A stretch of DNA of 64,000 bases from Yuukianura sp. NJ FZ-2021 (Eukaryota): positions 1,922,001 through 1,986,000 of the forward strand of contig CM102290.1 of the NCBI GenBank assembly GCA_046563655.1, given 5' to 3'. The stretch's first letter is position 1; the number at the start of each line of letters is the position of its first letter. Positions 12,647-24,800 of this stretch are shown piece after piece. The position numbers and the translations under genes are program-made. The notes beneath the pieces are model-generated. The model was not told the origin of the DNA. It did no database searches and saw only the letters and a program-made list of their open reading frames with translations.

Positions 12647-15600
12647 TTATTCGGGTTTGGATTCTAAACTCGTCTGAAAGAATATCCGTGCGGATCTAAG
12701 GTTGTATCGCAAGAGATGAAACTCTTGTAAATAGTCTTGGACACGCTTAGCCGTAAGCGTATTGGCCTGTTGCAATTTTTCATCACTTTTGGATTCGCGA
12801 ATAATTTGAAGAGCACGTTTTCTCTCTTCAACTAGTTTATGGGTTACGCCACTAAACCACTGTAAAGAGTCAAAGTCCGCATCTTGATCTAAAACTTTGA
12901 GCATATAGGCCAAACCTAAAGTAAGATTCGACAGATTATAGTTAAATTTGACCTTGAATTGTTAATCTAAGATTCTAACATTTAAGTTTGACCTTGTCTT
13001 ATGTCTTACCCATTGGAAATCCGTCATCTGTAAACAGTGTAGAATGTTTTGAGTTCTTGGCCAATTTTTCTTTGCATGATCGCATGTGATCCACGTAGGA
13101 AAGTGTAAGTGCAGGGATGATGACGAAGAAGTTTTTCATGTGAGCATTGCTAGGAACGGAGTAAATCGATTAGTGCAGGCAGACTCAGTATGGAAACTGA
13201 TTAATTAAAGTAATTAATAGTAGAAGCAGTATGCCAGCATACGTTGGTCGGAGACAGGCCTCATGGAAGGCAGAAACGAGGAGTCGGAAGTAGGAAATGT
13301 CCGGAGACTGCTGATGTTGAGTCACATCTCTCAACACGGCTTCTAAATTGATCGCTGCGGAGCGCATTTCATCTTCCAGTGCTCCTCGTTTTCCATTTTG
13401 TTCACTAGTTGTAGTAGTTAAAGGTAGAATAGACTCCAGTTGCCCTGGGTTAATGTCCAGTTCCGGTAGAAAGCGAGAGGCTTGAGCAAGGTAATGACGT
13501 CCGCCCGAGACAACAAGTCGTACAAATCTGTATTAAAAATGTATAAAATGTATTTATTAATAGGGAGTCTGCGTTACAAATGATAGAAGTTATGAGAATT
13601 ATAGAATTTATCAAGTCACGCCTCCTTCCACCCGCTGCCACCCCACTTTGTAACGGTTTCTCCGATTGGTCGATTTCTTATCTGTGACGTCAGTTCCAAA
13701 CTGTTCTCAGTTTTGGGAATTATAGACTGTGATTATAACTTTATCCAAAAAGTTTGAAAAGTTACGTCACCGACCGCTATAAATTCTATAATTCCTATAA
13801 TACTGAAATTATAGACCGTGATTATAACTTGAGGAATCCAGCAAGTTTGAAAAGTGACGTAACCGACGGCTATAAATTCTATAATTTCTATAAAACTCGT
13901 TTATAGCGCAAACTCCCTATAGCTAGGTTACTAGGTAAAAGTAGTAATGTTATAATGCTAAACAAGTTAAATCTAAGAATCTCTTGACAAGAATTTGGTA
14001 AACGGTTGTCTTTTTTACATTCTAAGTTAAACCAAAATAAAAACAAAATTGTTAGTCTTACCCCAGAGTATTTCCAATTTGTGTAATTAGGATTCTGAAT
14101 TGATCTAATGGTGACAGGTTGGATTGCGTGAGACCAAGTTTCCGAATTCCTTTTTGAAACTTTTGGGCTTTGTCATAGGGATACGAGTAAGTAGAACTGA
14201 TGGCACCCGTAGTCATCTCCTGATTTTGTCTAGCAACTTTGAATGCTCGAAGATCCCTCGTTAACTTGGACTTGATTTGCTCATCATACAGAAAGTGTGA
14301 GAAGGAATTGATTTTGGTTTTGAGGAACTGATAGGCACAGTTGACTGTGCTGTTGGACATGCCAAGTCCATGTGTCCGAATGGAATTGGCCAAGTGACGA
14401 ATTCCGACTGTTTCTAAATGCTTGTTCGGTGACTCCACTTGAATGAAGACTTGGTTATTCAGGTTGTAACTGAAGTCCGACACGAACTTTTTAAGGTTCC
14501 GGACTATGGCCAAAATGTCTTGTCCCTGAAAATGTCAAAAAATTGACAGAGATGAATTCAGAAACCAACTTTTTTTTTCTAAAATAGAATTTTTCTAAAT
14601 TTTTTTGGAAATCTAACTTGTTCTAAGGCGTGTCCAGGAAGATGGTCTTCAGAAATATGAAGATTGTACTTGTCCCGTCCAAGAACTCTCATCGTTCCGT
14701 ACGATTGCCAATCATGTAGAGCAACGGAGGCTAAATTGTAGAAGTTCTTGCTCAGATGATATTCTGCCTAGAAAGTATCAAAAGTTGATACAAATTATTA
14801 AAATTTTAGTCTTTAAACATGTTTATCCCGACTTACGTTGAATCTTGCATTGATTTTGTGATCTCCGAGAACAAGCGATGGTAACCTTAGAAAAACCTCA
14901 AAGTCTTTGACTCCAATTCGAAATGGCGAAGAGTCGCTGGACTCTTTATGGTTGTGAAGGTGGGAATGCGTCTGAAGTCTTAGATTATTTTCTAAATCTG
15001 TACAGAGTTTGTCAGTTACACAAGTCTTCAAGTAGGATTCAATTTCACGGACAAAGGCCTTCTGAACATTTCCTTGGGAATGGGGACTGTGACGATCCAG
15101 AAGTTGGAGACAGTCGTCCAGAATTAACTCTACAATAGGAAACTTGGAACTTTCATGTTCATTGGAATACAGTGACGAAAAGTAATTGGAGAAGAGTTGG
15201 CGATGCCAGTAGGCCGAGGAACCATTACACAGAGTCTCAATATCGTCCAGTAGATGTACCATGTAGTGGATTCTGTCCAAAACGGCTTTGACAATTGGTC
15301 TCTTCTCTTCTACATCCAGAAAGCAACGGGCCTTGGACCAATCAAAGGCCACTTGAGCCGCTAGAAGTCGTTTTTCTGACGGGGGGCCCTTAAGAACATT
15401 TTCCAAAATGGCGATGATAGTGACTGCTTCTGTTCGGAGTTCCAAATCAGTTCGGTTGGATTTGTTGAGGTTTGAGAGGATAGAGTCCTTGACGTCCTTG
15501 ACATGACTTAGACCAATGTGAAGTGCTGTTTGAAGAATGAACAGTACAGTGTGACAGATTTGGACATTGAAGCGATAAAAAGTACACTGAATGACCTTGA

Positions 15601-17179
15601 GGAGTTCCAGATGCTGCATGAGATAGGAAACTAATTGTAATGTTACTGGTCGTCCCAGTGTAGCATGAAGGTTCATGATTACTCGAAAGTTGATGTTGAG
15701 CTTTTGAGCCAACTTGACTCCATCGAGCAAAACAGCTGATCGTTTGGCCAAGTCTTCGCGTCGTAACTGACTAATGTCACGCCGGTACATGAGTTCCTGG
15801 AGTTGAATTGCCCAGAAGTGAACGTCGAGATGAATTTTGGCAATTGTAGATTGAATTGTACTGATTTTGGATTCGAGAAAGAGGTGACGAGCCTGTGCTT
15901 GACCTTCCAATAACTTCATGTCAACAAAATTAATTTGATTTCCAATTTGAAGGGAACTTAGAAAAGCATCCGGTGTCCAAATTAAGTGACCACCGATCGG
16001 TATCGCTGGAACTTTTCGAATAACTGGCCAGATACGATTTCGAAACGTTTTACGAGTGTCAAAGGTTAAAAGAGATGTCATCAGCACGTAGAGTCCAGTT
16101 AGAGCTATTGGCCGAAGTTCGTCAGCTCCATTCAATGCATTTTGCTCCAGGGTGGCTTCTTCGGCAGTAAAATAAGCCATGAACTTGTCCAGTAGTGTCA
16201 CGTTCTTCCTACTTCCCTTAAATTGTGTACTAATAAATTGAAGCACATTTTTGAAAAGACGTCCGCCCAAAATGCTTTTATCCAATTCTTCCAATTCACT
16301 TTCTACTTCCAGCAGGCTCTCTGAATCGATATCAAAATTGGCTGAATCCGCCCGTACAGACGTGATCATCCGTTTGTACTTTGTCCAGTGCTCGATAAGT
16401 AGTGGTTGACTGGTTATAATTTCGTCTATGACAATGACCAGAGCTACTAGATTTCCAAGTTCTTGGAAAAGTGTATGAAAGTTGACACCGGCGACGGATA
16501 CGACATGTGGACGTGCATCTTTGAACATGGCTTCCAACTGTAAACATGAATGGAGTAACAGGTTGGATACATTTTCAATAAAGTCCTTCAGTTCATACAA
16601 AAGTGGAAGACAACTAGAGAGAGCTACGTGACCTTCTCCTTCTGTAACGGACGTCGACTGTGGAGGTGAACACGACAGAAACGAACCCTGGTCAGCATCA
16701 AATCCATCTCCGTAAAGCACAAATTGAAAGACAAAGTGTTTCCAACCAAAGGATGTCATTTCCTTGAGTTGACTTGTAAGTGTAACTAGAACTAGCATGA
16801 TTTTCTGCACGTCGGGATTCCCACCGTCCGGTCCAGGAAAGCAAAGGAGCTCTTCAAAGGAACCCGTTTCCAGAAATGGCCCCCATACGATTTGAATTGG
16901 ATCTGTTCGAATGTCCCAAACGTTGTGAGTGAGAGCATAGGTTGAGACGAATGGCTGGTAACCTTTCTTCTGTCTATTATGTTCCGTGGATGATATAAGC
17001 GAGTCTTCTTCAATCCCTCGACCTTGATCGGTAGTACCATTCTGTTCATATTCTACTTCTCGATTGTCCAAAATGTCAATTAGGTGTGAGGAATGATTTT
17101 CCAGGAATGTATTGAATTTCTTCACATAATTTTCTGTCAGCGTCTTGTTACTAACAAGCTCATTTTCGGTTCCTCTCAT
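12647..17179 (-). CDS. WASHC4: WASH complex subunit 4 (SWIP/KIAA1033), multi-exon
   Basis: Motifs include VWDIRTDPI, LENNLRLQTHSHL, FSYNLNNQVFI, HLANSIRTHGLG, DQFRILITQIGN, FTDDGFPMGLAYMLKVLDQ and FDSLQWF. The start is inferred at ATG 17179, just after an acceptor at 17205/17206. Confidence 0.93.
13561..13919. mobile_element. MITE family 3 copy with an internal ~90-bp tandem duplication, in a WASHC4 intron
   Basis: TAGGGAGTCTGCG / CGCAAACTCCCTA ends; the block AATTATAGAC..GTTTGAAAAGT.ACGT..CCGAC.GCTATAAATTCTATAATT occurs twice. Confidence 0.85.
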
Positions 17180-17460
17180 GATCTGCGATAATTCTGCAGT
17201 TGAACCTGGAATAGAAATATAATTTTCATAATCTGATAATTCACGACAACTTGTCGTTAATAGGTATGGTCGTATCGTTATTCGCAGAATTATGATGGAG
17301 TGTGTCTTAACTTCAAAGCCTGAGAGTTGTCGATCGATAAAAATCCGTTTGTAAAATTGGCCTTGACCTACTTGAAAGGAAGACGACACTTGTGAATGAT
17401 GAATTGAATAAAAGTATTTCCAAAATGACATTTTGACTGTACCTTTGCTAAGCTAAATGA

Positions 17461-18700
17461 CTATGACCACGATGATTTTTCTACTTGAAGAAGCCAGGCG
17501 AATCTTGATTGACAGCAATTTGAGCACCGTTGTTGTCTTGAATCTTGAATGTAAGGTTGATCGAACTCTTCATGGGGGTTAGGGGAATACAATCTTCTGA
17601 ATCCGGTTGTGATGGTCACTCTTTGAGTCATGTGAGAATGATGAAATGTATACCACAAAAACAACGGTAAAGTTAAGAGTCCAGTCCCAGTGGTAATCAA
17701 CTGGAAATTGAAAAAATTTGCCACTTTCGCCTCTGTCTCTCTGATAATTTTTTTTTGGCAAAAAGGTAAACAAACCAGAAAAAAGAAATCTACTTCAACT
17801 ACATTTTTCAACATTGGCGCATACACCTCCCCTATATCTCTACATGACATGCTCTGATATGCCTCTGATTACTCTGAAAAAGTAGTGGACGTAAACGTAA
17901 TGGCATTCCACACAACAAAACGGTCAAAAGTTTTGCGGTTTAAGGCTTTTGACGCAAAAAGTTGAGCACTTCAACTTGAAGTCAAAGATTGCGACAGGAA
18001 AAGAAAAGCTGAAATCAAAATTTGTTAAAAACTTACAGACGTCGGGGGTGGGTTTTCTCTTGACACAGTCTTCTCCAGTACATGACAGTCCTGGCCCTTG
18101 ACCTCTGCAGTTTGTCTATAGTGAGTACTTCGGTGTCCCAGGTCATCCTTCCTTGTCCATTGGAGATTTGTCAAGCAGAGATTGACTTCGCAGAAAGATG
18201 AAGTCAAAGATTGCGATAGGATAGGAGAAGCTCAAATAAAAAAAATTGGTTACTTACCGACGCCGGGTCTTGAAGTCTTCGCAAATATCCAGGTCACAGT
18301 GAGGGCACTTGAACTTTACAGTCTTTCCACTATGAGTCATGTCACACGTCGTCCTTGTCCACTGCCACTGGTCACTCACAAGTTGATCTGCACAGCCGAA
18401 ATTTGTACATTGTTGCACCAAAATAAGGAACTTTTGCAGTTTTTTTCGCGAGAAACTTGGAGTACGTCTACCCAGGCCGGGGTTCTGAGAATCACTGCGG
18501 GATTCCAAGATGGCGGCCGACGACATCACAACGCGAACCTTCTCGAAGGTTCGAGAAAGCCAGTGAACGTCTTCTGCTTCTAAGCAGTGACTACTATATG
18601 GAAAGCAATGGAGACTGTTACTGGCTATGATCGGTTTTGGATATAATGGAACCTTCCAGAAAGTTCGGAGGGGGAGGGCGGGGGGGGGGGAAGGCGGGAG
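17461..18700 (-). other. Unassigned exon-like or degenerate coding sequence with an internal duplication (pseudogene or UTR exons)
   Basis: Higher-GC blocks with minus-strand GTAAGT donors at 18257 and 18036, an 18-nt exact direct repeat 222 nt apart, and a recurring W-x-W-T/QWTR peptide. No coherent spliced ORF was found. Confidence 0.25.
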
Positions 18701-19129
18701 TTATGACTTTTTCTAGAACAATGGGTTGTTATGGAGTCTTCTGCACATGAAATATAAGAAATCAAATAGGATTAGCAGCCAGCATATACGTACGAAGTAC
18801 GGTACGAAGACCCCTTACGATAAAAAGAAGAAATCACGGTCTTTAGTTTGTAAATTACAAAATATCTCAAACTGTTTTAAATTATTTTAAAATCGTCGGT
18901 ACACTAAAAAGAACATGGATTCAAGAATAAGACAAAACAACAAAATACTACATGCACGCCCACTGTAATACCAACGACAAAAAAAAACTCTAAAAAACGC
19001 TGACTAAAGAAGATAATTTTAGTTAATTAGTTAAGAACAACAACTTTTGTAACATTTATTACCAAATTGGCACCACGTTAAGTAGGTACAAGTTACCCGA
19101 GAACGAGATACTAGGAAATACATGAGATT

Positions 19130-20296
19130 TTAGCGGAGAGGCTTCTTGAGAATGTACAGTCTACGCCACATGAGTCCTGTGATGACTGACAGTGTGAACC
19201 AAGTGACGAAGTACGTGACATGGTCGTTCCTCAATGTGACTCTAGTTTGACCAGGAACAGGAATCGGACCTGTTGGTGGGGGAGCCTTGGGATTCAATGG
19301 ACGAATGGACACCAAGTCCACAAAAACATCAGACGTCCCCAAGTATTCCCCCATGGCAGAGATGTCCCTTGATTTCAAACCATTTGTTTAATTAAAAACG
19401 AAAGGTAGATACTAAGGTTGGCATTTCTGATTACCGGTAGAGCCAAAGGCCGTTTTCACCACGTAAGTTATTGCCCATGAATGGGAGTCTTCTTTCAGTG
19501 GATCTCAATACGGCGATGATCTCTACTTCTTGTGGATCAGTCTCAGGAACGGCGTAGTCCTTGTAATTTCGTGAAGGAATCCAACCACGATTTACAAGTA
19601 CAGCAAGGCTGTAATGTTTCAGATGTAATTAATTTTAAGACACTAGAAATGTTTTGAACTTAAAGTTAAACTGGATTACCTTTGATTGGTGACCCAAAAT
19701 GGTGTCACAACGTGGTACCCACTGGCAGACGGACTCGGAGATGGAGGTTTGGCACCCAGAGGATCCACTGATGAAACTAGTGATCTCGGTCCCATGATAA
19801 GCTGCTTCGAGTAATTGAACTTCCCCTGCATCTTGACCTTGCGGTACTCCAGTTCCGGGAGCTTCGAGAAGCTAGTTTAAGGCAAAATTATGTTAATGAT
19901 TATATTATTAGATTAAGACTAAATCATTAAGCTTACAAACTTACTCATGAACTGGAAAATCCACTGGTTCGGCCAAAACTTTCTTTTCCATTTCCTCAAT
20001 CAAACCCAACTTCCATCTCCAGCGCTTTACTTGCCACACTCCAAGTCCAAATGTAATGACAGGAATCGTCTGCAATTTAAATCAAATTTCGTCAATACGC
20101 TTCCTACAATTAGGTAGTCGTTCAACTTCCTTAAAAATAGTCAAAACGTAAACTTACTCCAAGCAGGATCTTCCCCATTACATCAACCTTTGTAACTGCC
20201 TTATCAGCAAATCCTAAAATTCAAGTAATTTTACAATCGTTCTCGGCTCTCTTGGTTCATTTAACAAGCCAGCAATTGACTTGACAGTTTGTTCAT
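19130..20296 (-). CDS. SURF1: SURF1 cytochrome c oxidase assembly factor, ~6 coding exons
   Basis: [44 protein letters not shown] and [22 protein letters not shown]. The start codon and first donor are uncertain. Confidence 0.93.
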
Positions 20297-20569
20297 GATG
20301 AAACGACGTGTCGGTGGGTAAATAACAAATGTAAAACCTGGTCCTAACTTAATTACACGTTAATTGGCTAAAAGTTGAAGAGATTGATTAAACTAAATTG
20401 GAAAATTGATCAACCCAAAATAAAATTCGGCACGCCAGCCGCCTGCCAAAATGAACTGAAAAAATTACAGCGCAAACAAAAGCCAAAAGCCCGAAACCAA
20501 AACAAAATTTCAGTTTTAAACTTACCGAGTTCCCGCTTCCATCGAAAACTAAAACAATAAGTCTCATCA

Positions 20570-21317
20570 TACCCCAACCCAAATCGAAAAGTGAAAAGGT
20601 ATTCGCAAGTTGCCCCAACAGTTTTAATGTGGGTTTACCAATGAGATGTACACCAAATTGTGTTTAGATTATGTTCAATAAATAAGCTGCACCATAAAAT
20701 AATTAAATCTGCTATAACTGTTGCAGACTGTTAGCGGTGTGCACAAAGAATGACTCAAAGATGATTAGTTTCTTCCAAAAAAAGCGCGGTAAATTTAACT
20801 ACAGCCGACAGACAAGGTACGGAATTGCGAAACTTGTGAAATGGCAATTGACAAATAAACCAAAATTACATTTCGACTTAATTAATTCTAAATCGTCTTT
20901 ATTAATGTAAAATTTAACTGCATCCAAGCTGAATTGTTTTTAAAAAGTTTTGAATATTAAAATCATAGCAATTATCAATGATAGAGTTAGAACAGCATTA
21001 ATATCCAACCTATTAACCACAGTTCCACATATTATTCGAATTGCACTTGACGAAATAAATTGATTTGCCAAAGTGATGAAACGTAATTTTGGCAAAAACT
21101 AATTTTAGTTTAGATTCCAAAATTTTCTTCATCTTTTTGTCTTTTTTGATCTTTTCGTAATCATCTATATTTCTGTAATCTGTAGCTGTACTTTTTCTCT
21201 GAATTCTTTCTGGAAGAGATCAGAAAGAGCATCGTTTATAAAGAATTTTAGCATTTTTCGCTTCTCCGTTGTTAGTTAAAGTGTTTTAGAAACGGAGTAG
21301 TTTAGTGTTTACAAAGC
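20570..21317. promoter_or_regulatory. Probable shared divergent promoter region of SURF1 and PFDN6
   Basis: Head-to-head arrangement. A probable SURF1 5'UTR exon ends at a minus-strand GTAAG donor near 20526. Inferred from layout only. Confidence 0.5.
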
Positions 21318-21888
21318 ATGACATCCGTCACGTCGTCACAAGTAGCCGAAATCAATTCGTTACAATCTCAGTTTCAAACAGAAATTGAAAAGCACAAGTC
21401 CACACAGCGAGGTAAAACATTCATGTTCGTTAGCAAAATTGTAATCGGTTAAACATGATCTAACTGTCTGCTGTCATTTTACTACAGAATACCAGAAGCT
21501 CATCAGTATGGATAATCAGTTAAATACCCAACTCAATGAAAACGGAATGGTAAAAGAAGAGCTGGACTTGGTCGAGAATGATGCTGCTGTTGTTTATAAA
21601 CTCTCAGGACCTGTCCTTCTTCGGCAGTCATTGGTCGAAGCAAAGGAAAACGTTGGTAGACGAATCAAATATATCGAAGGCGAGCTGTAAGGCAACAAAC
21701 AAGATTTCCATTCGATTTGGCCCTGAGATAATGACGATGTCCATCTCCATATTTGATTTTCACTTTATAGGGAACGTAACAAAGACTTACTTGCCAAGGC
21801 TAAAGAGAAGCTCGGAATGGAAAGGGCAACAATTTCTCAGCTGGAAACCAAACTGCAAACTCTCATGACTAAGGCCGGAATGTGCTGA
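21318..21888 (+). CDS. PFDN6: Prefoldin subunit 6; exons 21318-21411, 21489-21686, 21771-21888
   Basis: QLNTQLNENGMVKEELDL..VYKLSGPVLLRQSLVEAKENVGRRIKYIEGEL is the PFDN6/KE2 pattern. Confidence 0.93.
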
Positions 21889-24800
21889 GTGATGGCCATA
21901 ACTGGGAGTGACATAAGAGTTTTCTAATATAATTTCTACTAACTATAACTTACCTGCAACTGCTAAATAGGTGTAAATTTAACATCTTATTCGCGTTACA
22001 AGCTTTGTCTTATAAGTCACGATTCTGTTGAATAATATGGTTACTACGTAACGTTTTGGAGACCTATTTTTTGGGTTTTTATTTCACGAGACTTTCCAAG
22101 GATCTAGGTGACATGTGCCGTTTAATTTTCATGATTTCAGCAGACAATTTGACTAAATCTTTTTTTACAGCGATTAACCCAAATTTACAGCCATAGAAAC
22201 ATATTTTGCTGGATGAGACCAATTCGTAAGTTACGAATCGTAACAGCGTTTTAGGACCTTTCACCAACTTGGCCCTGATTTATGTAAGTTAAAAAAAAAT
22301 TTTTTTTTTACTGCTCCTCCGTTTCCTGTTTTCTATAGTATCTCCATGTGTGTTATAATCTGTTTTTGTTATTAGGTTTTCCATGTAGTACCTTGATGGC
22401 CAAGTCCCCTCTGCCGACCCTTCGTCCATTGCCGATGGCTAACATCTTCCAAGAAGGATCCCTACCCTAACATGTCCATTTTTTGTGGTAAGAGAAGATC
22501 ATGATGGTTCTTAGATCCTGGCGCGTCTCCTTGATCTCTCTTTGTTGTTACAACTTACAAGAAGATTTGAAGTCTCCTGAGACAGTAGTAGTAGTCCAAG
22601 TGGAGTCAGTTACAGCGTTACAACTTGGGAAGGCGATACGCTCCAAGTCCTCCACCAGCCTCACCTGAGTACCCACTTAAGCCGTCCAACAACTCCTGCC
22701 TCATCGTTTACGTCGTTCCACAGTGTCAACTTCCTAAGATCTTCAGATTAATCCAATTCTGCAACTGAAGTGTACTGTGCTGTGACAACGACCTTGACAA
22801 AACCCAACCATTTTCAAAATTTGGCGGCATAAAACCAAAGGAAGTGTTATCAGCACCATCAAGACGAAAGACAGACAAGGAGACACCGCTTTTTTCGACA
22901 GTCTGCGCCGGTGCCTCCGTTATTGTTCCACTGCGATGCGTCACTGAAACTGGGTCAGGTCAAAGACGAAGCGGAATGGATAAGGTCACGTGACTTCAAC
23001 TTAAACGTTTTTTTGTCGTTGTTAGTCCTTCCAGCGATTTTGTGACCTCGAGAGACTGTGGAGGGTCACTTAATTGCTTAGTTGAAGTCCGCATGAGGAG
23101 TAAAAAGTGGAAGAGGGTGATGATGGACGTTGTTTAAAAGGAAGAGGGGGGCACTTCCATTGTAAACCGAAGTGACTGAGACTATAACATAATTTTATAG
23201 GACATTTGCCCAGCACATTTCCCCCTTTCTTCCTTAAAGCCACTTTTACACCGCCGCTGCTGCTGGGATAACAACAACAGCAGCAGTTTTAGTCTTCAGA
23301 TTACTTCAGACGAGGCAACTTCTTTAGTCCAGCGGTTCGCAAGCATTAGGCACAGTTGTATTTCGCGTTAAAAATTTATGCAATAATTGCGTATAACACG
23401 TATCGTAAAAATTTACGTGAAAATCTTCAGTTTGTAGCGTCGCTTTCGTGAAATTCGGCGATTCAGGTAAAAATTCTCAGCTTTTCAGATACACTTTGTA
23501 CTAAAAATTTGCAGGTTTTCAAAAACTTTGAACTTAGGATCATCGTGTATTTTTCAAAATTGATTTTGTTTATTATTAAATTTTTAACGGAAATTTTGGT
23601 TTAAGCAATGGATGAGTATCGTGATGTATGAAACATTCATTTGAGGTCATCTGATTGTATGAGTCAAAGGTCAACTTGAGACAAACACTAACTCATAAAC
23701 ATTCAGTTTTTCTTTTTGACAATTTTGAAACCGCAGAGAGATGAAATGAAAAACAAGATTTAAAAAAATGTTCCTTGAAAATGACTTTTGCATGACACAT
23801 TCATCGCCGCTCTGATTCAATTCAAGGAACAATTTTTTGCAACCTTTGGAACTCTGGACTCTGCTTGAGCGTTTATAAACTTTGAGTCACTTTGCGTCCA
23901 GAATAATTTGGAACCAAAAAAAAGTCGGCATGACTGTACATTCAAAAAAAAAAAATAAACGAAGAGTAACAATAGACAAAGCAAAAAATTTTTATTTTGT
24001 TACGCTAATGACAAAGGGAAGTCTCAAGAAACCATTAAATTTTTTACACTTTAATTTTCAGTTTTGGTTGTAACTCAAAAATTTGAAGAACATGAAAATT
24101 CCATTCACTTTTTTGTCCTTCTCTTAGCACAAAACAAAACACTTGACAAATTTAGCGAAAATTCGCACTTTTTGCAAAATTTCGCAACTTCTCAACCTTC
24201 AAAAGAACAATTCCTAAGTTCGCGAAAATCACGAATCTTGAAAGGAACAAACTTAAGAAAAAAATTATTCTGAAGTGTCTTTTTTTGAATCCCTGAAGAA
24301 GCAAAATTTAATGAAACTTCAATATGCTATTTGTAGCAAAAAATTCAAAATTTAGCAAAAAAATTGTTGTTACTTTTAACCATTGTTTTCAATTCCTTTT
24401 GATTTTTAGGTATCCATTTAATAATTTGAGCATCGGGAATGAACCTGAAGTGAAATTAGCCAGAAACGACTTTTGTGCAAAAGTTTTTCTGCAAAAATTT
24501 TTTTTCTGCAAAAACTTTCAGTTCAAATTGGCACAGGAAGCAACAACACAAACGCGAATAATTTTTTTTTCTTACAAAAAAGTTTTATCAACATAAATCT
24601 TGTAAAAGTGTTAAAGCAGTTGAACTTCTTAAGTTGGAAGTAACCTTACCGATTAATAACTTTAATTGAAACGTAAGAATCGAAAGTGTTAGACCATGCA
24701 CAAGCATACTAAAGAAACAGTTTTCAGTCGAAAGTTTTGAAGTGAGCAGAATTAAAAGTGTTAATGATGGTTCAGTCAAGTCTTCACTAATAATTACCAA

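Noticed and set aside
17206..17431. N-terminal 75 aa of the 872-aa ORF as part of WASHC4
   Set aside because: It contains a donor-like site and a clear acceptor at 17205/17206, and WASHC4 similarity begins only after ATG 17179. Probably UTR plus intron.
18254..18360. piggyBac-type cysteine-rich transposase tail (CPHC..C)
   Set aside because: Only a partial Cys pattern, with no DDD catalytic region and no TTAA-flanked TIRs.
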